The notes under the pieces were generated by a model, which made no database searches, was not told the DNA's origin, and saw nothing but the letters and a program-made list of their open reading frames with translations. Positions 28,826 through 39,193 of a DNA stretch of 64,000 nucleotides are shown piece by piece; the first letter of the stretch is position 1, and every line of letters begins with the position of its first letter. This stretch comes from Thermodesulfobacteriota bacterium (GTDB lineage: Bacteria; Desulfobacterota; Desulfarculia; JACQYL01). A program made the position numbers and the translations under genes. The stretch lies in the NCBI GenBank assembly GCA_963675595.2, contig CAXXLZ010000002.1, positions 3,680,001-3,744,000 on the forward strand. Direction: 5' to 3'.

Positions 28826-29282
28826 CGAGCCAAGGAGGTCGTCCCTGTGCCCTCACGCCCCGATTTCCCCCGGTCGGGGCCGTCGACACGGTCCCATCAA
28901 CCCCACACGCTGACGGCTCACCCGTGGGGCGGGCCACAGTGCCAGCCCCGGGCTCGGCGGAACCATGGAATCTGCCGGGCTGAACCCACGGGGTAGGGCC
29001 CTCCTGGCTTCAACACCCCTAGAACAGGGCGAATGTCTCCAAACCGGTTCCCGGCCCTTCCCTCGAAATCGCCCTCAAAAATGACGGGAATTAGCAATTG
29101 ACGGTACTTCCTTTTTGAACATAAGATCAAAAAGGAGGAAATGCCCTCTTTCCTTGTAAAATCGTCCGGGCACCATCACATCCCCGGCAAGGAAGATGGC
29201 GTCCTCAGGTGACCGGAACCGCCGATGACACATGGACGCAAGCCATCGACCGGCTTTTACCCGCATACGGAGCAGGAAGGGG
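28826..29282 (+). repeat. Long non-coding repeat B, copy 2
   Basis: Colinear with 26808-27265. Confidence 0.9.
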
Positions 29283-29338
29283 CATGGATGTCCATAGACC
29301 GCTTCGGAGGTATTGACCATATAGAACAAACCATTGTT

Positions 29339-31214
29339 GATGAGTTCGTAAAAACCTCTCCGTAAAGGTATCTAGTTGAAAATATGAATAAAAATGGCAT
29401 TTATGGGTTGACCTTTCTTTTGGGTCCTGTATGATAAGTATCTGACTTGATTAATAATATGGTCCTTAGGGGGGTTGTTTTGTTTCGGCCTAAGAGAACG
29501 CAAAAGACCATTTTCGACCACGATATTTGCCTTCCCGCAGACAGGATCGAGGCGTTGGAGAAGACGTGGGCCGGTCCGTTCCGGCGCCTGGTGCTTCCCA
29601 TGATCGATGAGGAGTCTTTCCGGCCTTTCTACTGTGAGGACAACGGCAGGCCCAACAGACCCGTGGCCATCCTTGTCGGAGCGTGTGTTTTGAAGGAAAT
29701 GAACAGCCTGACCGATGCGGAAGTCTTGGGCGCTCTGGACTTCGATCTGCGTTGGCAATATGCCTTCAACATCAACGCCTTTGAATCTCACGTCTGCCAG
29801 AAGACCCTGCACAATTTCCGGACCTTGATTACCGACAACAAGCAAGCGCGGAGCCTCTTTACCGGAATCACGGACGCCATCATCGAGACGGCGGCCCTTA
29901 GCACGGACAAACAGCGGTTGGACTCCACACAGATCACTTCCAACATGGCTCATCTGAGCCGTCTGGGGCTCTTTACGCGCACCATCGAGGCGTTCTTGAA
30001 ACGGCTCCATAAGAAACATCCCAAGTTGTATGAGAAACTGCCCCGACTTTACGACAAGGCCTACTTGAAGCGCGCAGGCTATTTTGCCGATGCAAAATCA
30101 TCGCGGGCCAAGCGTCGTCTGGACAAGTCCGCCCGCCATCTCGCCGACCTGGTGGACCGCTTCCGAGGTCATCCGGAAATCAGCCGAATGAAAGAATACC
30201 GGCTGATGGCCCGACTACTGTCGGAGCAATGCCGTTTCACCGAGGGAGATCCCGACAAAACAGAACTCGAGAAGCCCAAGGAAATCCCTGCGGACTCCCT
30301 GCAGAATCCTTCGGATCCCGACGCCACCTATGGGCGCAAGGGCAAAGGATATAAGGCTTCCCTCACGGAGACCTGCGTGAAGGAAAATCCCTTCCAGGTG
30401 ATCACCGATGTGGACGTGGCCCCTTCCTATGACAGCGACCAGAAAGACGTGATGCCCGTTATCGAACGCCTGGAGGAAACGGGCCGCAAACCCGAAGAGT
30501 TGTTCGCCGACGCAGGCTACGGCAGCGGCGAGAACATCCTTCAAGCTCACGAGCACGGAGTCGAGCTTACCGCTCCGGTGACTTGCGGAAAAGCGCCGGA
30601 TCTCAATAAGATGCAGTTGAGTGACTTTGAAACGAACGAGGACTGCACCCAGGTCGTTTACTGTATCCGGGGGCACGCGCCACTTGAATGCAAGATCGTT
30701 GACCGCGGCAAAGCGGTGGAAGCCGTGTTTTCCCGCGAGCACTGTCTCCTATGCGAATTTCTCCCCATCTGTCCGGTAAAACGGATCAAGGGCGGAAATT
30801 ATCGACTGAAGTACAAGCGCAAGGACATGGCGACCTCCAAGCGCAGACTACAGCAGGAAAGCCATGATTTCAAAGAACGCTACAAAATCCGGTCCGGCAT
30901 CGAGGCCACCATCTCCGAAGCGGATCGGGTCACGGGATTGAAACGATCGTGGACCCGAGGCAAAAAACGGGTCACCTTATCTGTTTTCATGAAGGCCCTG
31001 GCCATCAACATCAAGAGGTTCGTCCAGAGCCGCCTTGATAAGGCCAAGAAGGCCCTTTCCAACTCGATAGAGGGAGGCAGCAACGATAATTTCCGTCGTC
31101 TTTGTAGCCTATGTCACGATGACAGTAACCTTGGCAGTGTTGCAATGGCCGCTTGAACTTCCAATGCTCCAAAAAACAGCCCTGTTCGTAAAGGGGGGTT
31201 CTTACGACGGCATC
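29339..31214 (+). mobile_element. IS1182-family insertion sequence
   Basis: TIRs GATGAGTTCGTAAAAACC / GGTTCTTACGACGGCATC; flanking direct repeat ATTGTT (29333-38, 31215-20). Confidence 0.88.
29480..31156 (+). CDS. IS1182-family DDE transposase
   Basis: DNGRP, RLDST, SDPDA, ADAGY and RYKIRSGIEAT motifs; probable TTG start at 29480 (ORF open from 29447). Confidence 0.9.
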   Translation: MFRPKRTQKTIFDHDICLPADRIEALEKTWAGPFRRLVLPMIDEESFRPFYCEDNGRPNRPVAILVGACVLKEMNSLTDAEVLGALDFDLRWQYAFNINAFESHVCQKTLHNFRTLITDNKQARSLFTGITDAIIETAALSTDKQRLDSTQITSNMAHLSRLGLFTRTIEAFLKRLHKKHPKLYEKLPRLYDKAYLKRAGYFADAKSSRAKRRLDKSARHLADLVDRFRGHPEISRMKEYRLMARLLSEQCRFTEGDPDKTELEKPKEIPADSLQNPSDPDATYGRKGKGYKASLTETCVKENPFQVITDVDVAPSYDSDQKDVMPVIERLEETGRKPEELFADAGYGSGENILQAHEHGVELTAPVTCGKAPDLNKMQLSDFETNEDCTQVVYCIRGHAPLECKIVDRGKAVEAVFSREHCLLCEFLPICPVKRIKGGNYRLKYKRKDMATSKRRLQQESHDFKERYKIRSGIEATISEADRVTGLKRSWTRGKKRVTLSVFMKALAINIKRFVQSRLDKAKKALSNSIEGGSNDNFRRLCSLCHDDSNLGSVAMAA

Positions 31215-31782
31215 ATTGTTGGTTTCGAGTTCTACCGATCTTTTTCGTCAGGTTCATGTGCAGTCGATACAGGAAGCTGTTATTCATGAAATCATTTAGG
31301 ATAGTTGGCAGAAGCGTGCCGCAGATATAATTGAAGTATGCTCAATACAAAGTATTATTCTGAGAACGTAAAAATAACATCATACACCTTTACAGCATCA
31401 GTCCTGACGGCAACAGTGCCAGATGATAATGAGCGACGGTACTATTTAATAGAATGGGCTAATTCCCTTTTCGGAAAGCTTCATGCAAGCTCAAAAAACG
31501 CATATAGAAATAGACTAAATACTTACAACAGGTTACGAAAATCGCAATAACTGGCAAGCATGACTTATTTCAGTAGGGAAATAAGAAGTTTAATCCACTA
31601 TGCGACGGGAAAATATGAAAAGTCTGGCAAATCAAAGCTGTTTAGAAAAACCAACATATTAGTTAAGTATCAATCAGTGCAAGCACATATTAATAGGAAT
31701 ACCATAACGCTAACGCTCTATTATTATAGCATATGCGGTGGGCGTCAGTCTTAATGAAAACCTCAATTGAGGGGATTCAGCC

Positions 31783-33639
31783 ATGTGTAAAATTTGTAGA
31801 CTGGTCTTTTCATTGGTTTGCTGTGTATTACTATTTGCGTGCTGTATGAAGAATAGTATCAAAACTGATAAAATAGCTTTAGTCGAAATAAAACCAATAG
31901 AAAATGAAAATTTGTCTGAAAATATATATGAAAACATGGATGCTATCTCCGAGGTGCGGTCATACCCTTTCTCTGTGCCGATCCTTGTATTGGCAGATAA
32001 CCAAATACATGACATCTTCAATATGTATGCTTTTTTTTATAGGACTAACCTTGCGGATGATATAGCCGGTTGTGCCATAAGACCTCCAATTCTTGATTTT
32101 TTTAATTACAATGGAATATTGCTATCTAAGGCATTAGAAAATTATGATAAGCCAAATAGGTTAATTTTGCATCTTGGAGATGCAGCAGATATGTCAACAG
32201 CTAACGAGCTATATAATTTTTTCGAGTTAATGAATAAATGCGGTTCTACTTGGTTTATGGCACCAGGCAACCATGATGGATTCTACTATGGAATGAGTAA
32301 TCCATTCAAATTCGGAAAAGAATGGGAAAAAGCTTCAACAGATATTTTCAGATCACAAGCAGATGCTGATACTAAGAATAATATCGGAGGTCAGCTAACA
32401 AAAGATAGATTTGTCGCCAGCTATTTAGCCGCCTTAATCCTTCAACCGAATGCTCCTTGGGCTGAAACATTGAAGTCTGAGCTCGATGTAAATATTAAAG
32501 ACTTAAGATTTAATAAGGAAACCTATTGTGACGTTGTGAGTCAGATATATAATAATGACATAAAATATAATAATCAAGAGATATATGAAAAGGAAATTGA
32601 CTTCTCGAAGATCAAAAATTCGAGACTGGATAAGTTAAAGTTTCATATTAATAGAAACGATATCATGCGAGGACAGTCATATATTATGCAATCATTAAAA
32701 ATAAACGATAATTTAGATAATATAAGTCAAAATGTATATATTATAGTACTTGATACATCAAGTTATAAGTCATGGCGAACAGTTTTTCACCCTTTTATCC
32801 CTTGGTCATGGCTTAGTAATGAATACAATGCAGGAGTGTGGGGCGAGATAGGCAAAGATCAAGCCTGTGTCATGAAAAGTTGGACAGACAGCTACTCTAA
32901 AGACTCAAAGTGGATTCTTGCTGGACATCATCCGTATAAAAGCATAAAAATGTCAAAAAACGTGAAAGAAGCATTTAATGTGACCCTTAATAAAGGAAAA
33001 TTACCATATTTCATTTCAGCTCATACCCACTCAGGGAATATTTTTCGGCACGATGATAAGTTTACTGAAATAAATGTCGGTAGTATAGTAGATTATCCTA
33101 TGGAATATAGAGATTTCCAGTTACGAATCGATTCAATATCCAATGTACATATTCAATCTAACCATTACTCACTTATAAATAGTTTTCTTAGTACATACAA
33201 GGATCAACCTAATTACATAATCAACTCGAGTTACTTAGACTACATGAATAGTAATGGCAATTCTCGGGAAATCGAAATTGTTATTAAAACCATGATATTA
33301 GATGTCATTACCGATATTCTAAACCAAATGAAAAACGAAGGGTTATGTGGAAGTTGTGAGAAGGAATTCAAGCTAGTCGAGGATTCGAAGAAAGTTATAA
33401 ATAGGCTAAAAGGCGTACCATCGCATCAAATACGTTTTGATAATGAGCTTGAGGAATTGCAGGCCTATCTGTTAGAGCTAAATGAAATAATACGAGATTC
33501 TAAGTTTCTTGAATCTGAAGTTGGCGAATATTATGCGATGAAGCATTCTTGTTTTGCCAGTAAAGCAGAACATGATGTTAATGGACGAATTAGTAAAAGG
33601 AGAGTCAATAAACTGCGACTTGGTAAGGCAACGAGGTGA
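31783..33639 (+). CDS. Calcineurin-like metallophosphoesterase, probably exported/lipoprotein, AT-rich
   Basis: ADNQIH, HLGD, PGNHD, GHHP and AHTH motifs; N-terminal hydrophobic segment ending in FAC. Confidence 0.85.
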   Translation: MCKICRLVFSLVCCVLLFACCMKNSIKTDKIALVEIKPIENENLSENIYENMDAISEVRSYPFSVPILVLADNQIHDIFNMYAFFYRTNLADDIAGCAIRPPILDFFNYNGILLSKALENYDKPNRLILHLGDAADMSTANELYNFFELMNKCGSTWFMAPGNHDGFYYGMSNPFKFGKEWEKASTDIFRSQADADTKNNIGGQLTKDRFVASYLAALILQPNAPWAETLKSELDVNIKDLRFNKETYCDVVSQIYNNDIKYNNQEIYEKEIDFSKIKNSRLDKLKFHINRNDIMRGQSYIMQSLKINDNLDNISQNVYIIVLDTSSYKSWRTVFHPFIPWSWLSNEYNAGVWGEIGKDQACVMKSWTDSYSKDSKWILAGHHPYKSIKMSKNVKEAFNVTLNKGKLPYFISAHTHSGNIFRHDDKFTEINVGSIVDYPMEYRDFQLRIDSISNVHIQSNHYSLINSFLSTYKDQPNYIINSSYLDYMNSNGNSREIEIVIKTMILDVITDILNQMKNEGLCGSCEKEFKLVEDSKKVINRLKGVPSHQIRFDNELEELQAYLLELNEIIRDSKFLESEVGEYYAMKHSCFASKAEHDVNGRISKRRVNKLRLGKATR

Positions 33640-33677
33640 AAAGGTTTTCTCTACGCACTGGGTCACATCCTATGAGA

Positions 33678-34092
33678 TAGGGCACGTTGTTGACCGACAT
33701 GACAAACGCTGGTATGCCTTTGGAGTTGTTGATACAGATGAGATGTCCCGACTAAGACGCCCTTCAAACGTATTCCACTTTCATGTCAACACGTCCGTCA
33801 CGGATTGAAGACGACACATGACACTACCGGGCGTATCAGGCGGCCGACGGATCGTATTGGCCGGCTTCCGAGAGGTCCTGATGCCTTCTGAAAGCCGGCA
33901 ATAAGGTAAAGGCAAGTAGCCTTTTTTGTTTTTGGGCGGTAACAGAGCTTGGTCCATCGCACAGGGAACCGGCGCGACGGTTGGAGCTGAGCGCTCCCGC
34001 GGTTGCTTATTCGGTTGAAAGAGGGGAGTCTATTGCCCGTGAAAACGGGTATCGTTTAATGGCGGAGTACTTTACTTTTTTACCATCGTCCC
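33678..34092 (+). repeat. Long non-coding repeat A, copy 2
   Basis: Colinear with copies 1 and 3; lies ~115 bp upstream of dsr1. Confidence 0.93.
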
Positions 34093-34208
34093 TCTATTCC
34101 ATTCGATTTGTTATTCGATATGGGTCCAACAACAGGCGGACAACTGGTGATATCCGGCTCGCAACTAGTCGACCGCTGAACCCGAGCGAACTTCTTGGAG
34201 GCAAATTC

Positions 34209-37200
34209 ATGCCCGCCTTCATAAAAGACGGTCCCGATATTCCCGAACGACTATTGCAGGCGCAAGAAGATGGGCGCGTGGTCTTCTTCTGCGGTGCGGG
34301 TATTTCCTATGCCGCAGGGTTACCCGGATACTCGGATTTGGTGAAGAGGCTCTATAAAGAAGCGGGAGTCATCCCGAATCCGGTGCAGCAAACTGCGATG
34401 AAGAAGCACCAGTACGACACAGCCTTTGGTCTGTTGGAAGGTTATGCGCTTGGTAAGCGCAAAAGGGCACGATCATTTCTTTCGCAGATATTGAGCCCGA
34501 ATTTGGATGGTTCACATGCGAAAACCATGCACGAAGCATTGCTAACCCTGGCGAGATCGAGGGAAGGGAAGCTGCGTCTCGTAACCACTAACTTCGACCG
34601 GATTTTTGAGGAGATTCTTGGCGACAGCGAAGAGCGTTTCGTAGCTCCTCTGTTACCCGTCCCAAAAAGTCGATGGTGCGGATTGGTATACCTGCACGGG
34701 CTGTTACCTTCAGAGCCGGATCCAGACAAGCTCAACCGGCTCGTGCTGTCCAGCGGCGATTTCGGTCTTGCCTATCTTACGGAGCGTTGGGCCGCTCGTT
34801 TCGTAGGCGAGTTGTTCCGCAATTTTTCGGTTTGTTTCGTCGGGTACAGCATCGGCGACCCCGTGTTGCGTTATATGATGGATGCTCTTGCCGCTGATCG
34901 GCTGATGGGAGAATCTTCGCCGGAGATGTTCGCTTTCGGTGGCTGTTCCAAAGGAAAGGAAACTGAAACGTACAACGAATGGCAGGCGAAAAACGTCACG
35001 CCCATAATGTATTGGAAGCACCGAGAACACGTCCATCTACGTAGGACCTTGCAGGCTTGGGCCGAAGTCTACCGGGACGGCGCAAGCGGCAAACGGATGA
35101 TCCTTGCCCAGCACGCCGCCAGCCCACCGTTGACCTCGTCTCGGGAAGACTATGCCAACGGCAGGGTCTTATGGGCACTTACCGATGGATCGGCGGCCAA
35201 ATTTTTCGCCGACCTCGATCCTGTTCCTCCACTTGAATGGATTGATGTCCTATCCGTGAATCAGTTCGGGATAGAGGATCTGCCCCGGTTTGGAATCAAT
35301 CCTGATGGCAAAGAAGACAAGAATCTGTCTTTCAGCATGATTCGACGGCCCGCGCTACATAGGTTTGCACCGGAAATGTGCTTGGTTGACACGGGTGCTC
35401 GATTCAGTAGATGGGACGACGTGATGAGACATCTGGCCCGCTGGCTCACGCGTCATCTCAACGATCCCCGCCTTGTACTGTGGTTGGCCGAACGGGGTGG
35501 AAGGTTGCACGATGTATTTGTACAACTTGTCAAAGATCGAATCGACGACGTCGATAGATGGCAGCGGACGGATAACAGGGATGAGATGGAATGCATCCTC
35601 AAGGCCGCACCCAACGCCATCCCAATACCTTTCATGCGTACCCTATGGCGGCTTTTTTTAACCGGCCGCGTAAAGACCTCCGGGGACAGAGCAATCAACT
35701 TATACGCATTGGAGGAATGGATCAGAAGGGACGGCTTTACACCAAGTTTTCGTCTGAGGTTTCTGGAGTTGATAAGGCCGCAGGTGAAGTTGCGCGGTGA
35801 GTTTTTCCCGGGAAACAATCGAGCCAGCGTTTCGTCCCAACCGAATCGTACCGAACCATCGGTTGGGTGCGAAGTGGTCCTGTTCGACGATCATGTTCAT
35901 GACACATTGCAGGAATTCAGGAGGGGAGCACACTGGCAAGCGGCTTTGCCGGGCATGTTGAATGACTTTACCGCCCTACTACGCGATGCTCTCGATCTGA
36001 TGGGGGAACTGGGTGGAGCGAACGACCAAGAAGACCGCAGTTATTTCGACCAGCCTTCGATCAGTGAGCATCCGCAGAACAGGGGATTTCACGACTGGAC
36101 CGCGCTGATTGAGCTGACGCGCGATGCCTGGTTGGCCAAGGCGCAAACGGATCCTTCGCGAGCAAGGCATGTGGCCCAAGAATGGATGAGCGTACCCTAT
36201 CCCCTCTTCAAACGTTTGGCCTTCTTTGCCGCCGCTAACAGCGAAGCCGTGCCCCCTGCCACCGCTCTTGGCTGGCTGCTTGACGACGATCACTGGTGGT
36301 TGTGGTCGGATGAGACCGAGCGAGAGGTCATGCGATTGTTGGTGGCTCTGGCGCCGAAACTGGATTCTGAGAGTCGGGGAAAGTTGGAGGAAGCGATCTT
36401 GAAGGGGCCCCCGCGTGAAATGTTTCGGGTTGGACTCGATACTGATAAATTGAACGACATGTTAGACCATGAAGTATGGCTCAGATTGGCCAAAGTGAAG
36501 AATACCGGGGCAACATTGGGTCCACAGGCGGAAACAGAATTGGGTCGATTGGCGGCCCGAAATCCTGAATGGGTACTGGCCAGAGACGAACGTGACGAGT
36601 TTCCTTTTTGGATAGAGAGCGGGTGGGGCGCCAAAGCGGATGGTTCGGCAGACGAGAAGCCAATTGGTCGAGCTTCACTGGTCGAATGGCTCAGAAAGCA
36701 TCCTAAATGTGACCGTTTCAGTGGAGATGACCTTTGGGGCAGAATCTGTCGAGATGATCTTTCAACCGCCGTTGCTGCTTTGGACGACCTGATGTGGGAA
36801 GACCTAGTTTACGGTGATCGATGGGCTGAGCTGTTACAGGTCGCTACAGAAGAAGACTGTCTTGACCTTTCTTGGCCAAGCGTACCAGCAGTTCTCATGA
36901 AAGCGTCAAACGAGCTTCTCATCCAGATCGACCGCTATCTCGGTCGATGGCTGGCATCTCAAGCGGAGGTATTCAAAGAGAAAGAAGAGGTGTTTTTCGG
37001 CCTTATTCGTCGTCTTTTCGAGCTGGATTATGGGGACGACCAACAAGAGCCAGACCCCGTGATAAGAGCGATCAACCATCCTGTCGGACTCGCAACGAAA
37101 GCCCTATTGAATTGGTGGTATCGCCAGGAACTGAGAGAAGCCAAAAGTCTTGAGGATCAGATTCTCAACCTGTTCACAGAACTATGCGACACCAACGTGA

Positions 37201-37982
37201 ACAAGTTCCACTACGGTCGTGTCGTATTGGCGACCCATGTCATTTCGTTGTTTCGCGTTGATGAGGAGTGGACGCGAAATCATTTGCTACCCTTGTTCGA
37301 CTGGCGGCAATCCAATACTGAGGCCTATGGTGCTTGGGGAGGTTTTCTGCAATCTCCGAGGCTATACGGACCGCTTCTATCCGAAATCAAGGGACCCTTC
37401 TTGGAAACGGCAGCACATTACAGCCAGCTTGGGCATTTCGCTGAGCAATTTGCGGGCCTGCTTGCCTTGACCTCCTTGCTTCTTAGCGAAGTATTCACAG
37501 AAAGAGTACTTGCAGAGGCGACAAACAAGTTGCCTGAAAAGGGCCTGGTAAGTGCATTACAAACGGTTACCCGCGCCCTTAAGGGTGCCGGTGACCAGAG
37601 CCAAAATTATTGGAGAAATCGAGTTGCGCCTTATTTGAAGCAGATTTGGCCAAAAAGCAGCGGAAAGCTTACTTTCGCAGTGTCGGAAAACTTCGCAAGG
37701 CTTTTCATTGCTGCTGGAGAAGCCTTCCCGGAAGCGATGCACGAGTTCCACGATTGGCTGAAGCCAGTGCAGTATCCGGGTTCCATCATTCACGGCTTGC
37801 ACGCAAATCGTCTATGTACTCGGTTCCCATCGGATGCCCTTGCTTTATTGGCTGCCGTGATCGGCGAAAACCCGGGCAGGATGCCTGGTAGGCTCCGGAA
37901 TTGTCTTATCGATATCCGTGAGGCGAACCCCGAGTTGGCTGAGGACCCACGCTTTCAAAGGCTCCAACGACTCACCGAATAA
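34209..37982 (+). CDS. dsr1: Anti-phage defence-associated sirtuin Dsr1 (SIR2_2 + DUF4020-like)
   Basis: GPDIPERLLQAQEDGRVVFFCGAGIS start, VTTNFD, YLHG, FVGYS.GDP and AINHPVG motifs; GGAGG RBS before ATG 34209. Confidence 0.85.
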   Translation: MPAFIKDGPDIPERLLQAQEDGRVVFFCGAGISYAAGLPGYSDLVKRLYKEAGVIPNPVQQTAMKKHQYDTAFGLLEGYALGKRKRARSFLSQILSPNLDGSHAKTMHEALLTLARSREGKLRLVTTNFDRIFEEILGDSEERFVAPLLPVPKSRWCGLVYLHGLLPSEPDPDKLNRLVLSSGDFGLAYLTERWAARFVGELFRNFSVCFVGYSIGDPVLRYMMDALAADRLMGESSPEMFAFGGCSKGKETETYNEWQAKNVTPIMYWKHREHVHLRRTLQAWAEVYRDGASGKRMILAQHAASPPLTSSREDYANGRVLWALTDGSAAKFFADLDPVPPLEWIDVLSVNQFGIEDLPRFGINPDGKEDKNLSFSMIRRPALHRFAPEMCLVDTGARFSRWDDVMRHLARWLTRHLNDPRLVLWLAERGGRLHDVFVQLVKDRIDDVDRWQRTDNRDEMECILKAAPNAIPIPFMRTLWRLFLTGRVKTSGDRAINLYALEEWIRRDGFTPSFRLRFLELIRPQVKLRGEFFPGNNRASVSSQPNRTEPSVGCEVVLFDDHVHDTLQEFRRGAHWQAALPGMLNDFTALLRDALDLMGELGGANDQEDRSYFDQPSISEHPQNRGFHDWTALIELTRDAWLAKAQTDPSRARHVAQEWMSVPYPLFKRLAFFAAANSEAVPPATALGWLLDDDHWWLWSDETEREVMRLLVALAPKLDSESRGKLEEAILKGPPREMFRVGLDTDKLNDMLDHEVWLRLAKVKNTGATLGPQAETELGRLAARNPEWVLARDERDEFPFWIESGWGAKADGSADEKPIGRASLVEWLRKHPKCDRFSGDDLWGRICRDDLSTAVAALDDLMWEDLVYGDRWAELLQVATEEDCLDLSWPSVPAVLMKASNELLIQIDRYLGRWLASQAEVFKEKEEVFFGLIRRLFELDYGDDQQEPDPVIRAINHPVGLATKALLNWWYRQELREAKSLEDQILNLFTELCDTNVNKFHYGRVVLATHVISLFRVDEEWTRNHLLPLFDWRQSNTEAYGAWGGFLQSPRLYGPLLSEIKGPFLETAAHYSQLGHFAEQFAGLLALTSLLLSEVFTERVLAEATNKLPEKGLVSALQTVTRALKGAGDQSQNYWRNRVAPYLKQIWPKSSGKLTFAVSENFARLFIAAGEAFPEAMHEFHDWLKPVQYPGSIIHGLHANRLCTRFPSDALALLAAVIGENPGRMPGRLRNCLIDIREANPELAEDPRFQRLQRLTE

Positions 37983-38042
37983 ACGCCCCTTCTTTCGTTA
38001 TCCCTCCATAATTGCGCAGGGGGCCGTCCTCCATTTCTCCCC

Positions 38043-38098
38043 TCGACAAACCACCGGCCTCCGGTCCCTCCACGGCCGGGCGGTTTCCAGTTGTGAAG
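38043..38098 (-). pseudogene. Duplicated 3'-terminal fragment of the amidase gene
   Basis: Encodes [17 protein letters not shown], identical to the amidase C-terminus (39264-39319). Confidence 0.9.
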
Positions 38099-38522
38099 TA
38101 GGGGACGTTGTTGACTAACATGACAAACGCTGGTAGGCCTTTGGAGTTGTTGACACAGATGAGATGTCCTGACTAACACGCCCTTCAAACGTATTTCACT
38201 TTCTTGTCAACACGTCCGTTCCGGATCGAAGACGACACATGACACTCCTGCGCGTGCTTGGCGGCCGACGGATCGTCTTGGTCGGCTTCCGTGAGCTCCT
38301 AATGTCTTCCGAAAGCCGGCAATAGGGTAAAGGCCAGAAGTCTTTTTTGTTTTTGGGGGGTAAAAGAGCTTGGTCTATCGCACAGGGAGCCGGCGCGACG
38401 GTTGGAGCTGAGCGCTCCCGCGGTTGGTTCTTCCGTTGAAAGAGGGGAATCCATTGCCCGTGAAAACGGGTATCGTTTAATGGCGGAGCAGCTTACTTTT
38501 TTACCGGCCTCCCCATCGGCAC
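38088..38522 (+). repeat. Long non-coding repeat A, copy 3
   Basis: Colinear with copies 1 and 2; fused directly to the amidase-tail duplicate. Confidence 0.93.
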
Positions 38523-38541
38523 CATAAGGATACCAAAATAA

Positions 38542-38667
38542 CTCAAAAAAGGAAGATTGCTGGTCGTAATCCATACTTTTCGAGAAGAAAGTGAAGTGGC
38601 CGTCACTATTAGAAATATTTCAAGCCGAAAAGCAACAATGCAGGAAATCAAAACCTATGGTGAGTGA
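38542..38667 (+). pseudogene. 5'-truncated BrnT-family toxin remnant
   Basis: Translates to KKGRLLVVIHTFREE...IRNISSRKATMQEIKTYGE*; in-frame TAA at 38539 and no start codon. Confidence 0.78.
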
Positions 38668-38669
38668 AC

Positions 38670-38870
38670 ATGAGAAAAGAGTATGATTTTTCAAAAGGAG
38701 AAAAAGGCAAGTTTTGTCATCCGGATATGAAATTGAACATTCCCATTTATCTTGATGATGAGGTTTCAGCTTTTGTCGACAAAATCGCTTCGAAGAAGGG
38801 AATTGACCGATCCTCGGTAGTGAACGAGCTTTTCAAGGGTGATATAAAGCTCGCTGAGGCCATGGAATAA
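38670..38870 (+). CDS. BrnA/CopG-like antitoxin
   Basis: MRKEYDFSKGEKGKF...IYLDDEV...VNE motif, immediately after the BrnT remnant. Confidence 0.8.
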   Translation: MRKEYDFSKGEKGKFCHPDMKLNIPIYLDDEVSAFVDKIASKKGIDRSSVVNELFKGDIKLAEAME

Positions 38871-38879
38871 ATTTCCTTC

Positions 38880-38937
38880 GGAGAACAAAGGCATCCACCG
38901 GATCGCCGTTAAGCGACCGCTTGATGCCGACTGCCGA
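38880..38937 (+). other. Degenerate attC-like remnant
   Basis: AAC-N5-CATCCACC...CTTGATG; terminal GTT is missing. Confidence 0.35.
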
Positions 38938-39100
38938 TGGCTGTTGTTCAATTCAAGTACTATTATCCTATCCTTGAGCCTCGATCGGCGCGTGACACTC
39001 AAGAATACCTGATGAATACACAATTCGATCAAAGGGCCAAAGCCTCGGCTCCTCAACGGCCGGGAACAGGAACAACATCCAGCGAGGACACCTACTGATC

Positions 39101-39193
39101 CCTCAGCCTCTCCGCCGAAGGCGGTGAGGCCCGCTTGAAACGTTTCAAGGGGGGCGCACGGGGGGAACTTTTTGAAAAGTTCCCCCTGTGAAC
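39101..39193 (-). repeat. REP-like composite element, family R (right edge of the island)
   Basis: GCCTCTCCGCCGAAGGCGGTGAGGCC...GGGGGAACTTTTTGAAAAGTTCCCCCTGTGAA. Confidence 0.85.

Noticed and set aside
31338-31754. Small AT-rich ORFs upstream of the metallophosphoesterase
   Set aside because: Short, no motifs, no clear RBS; cannot be supported.
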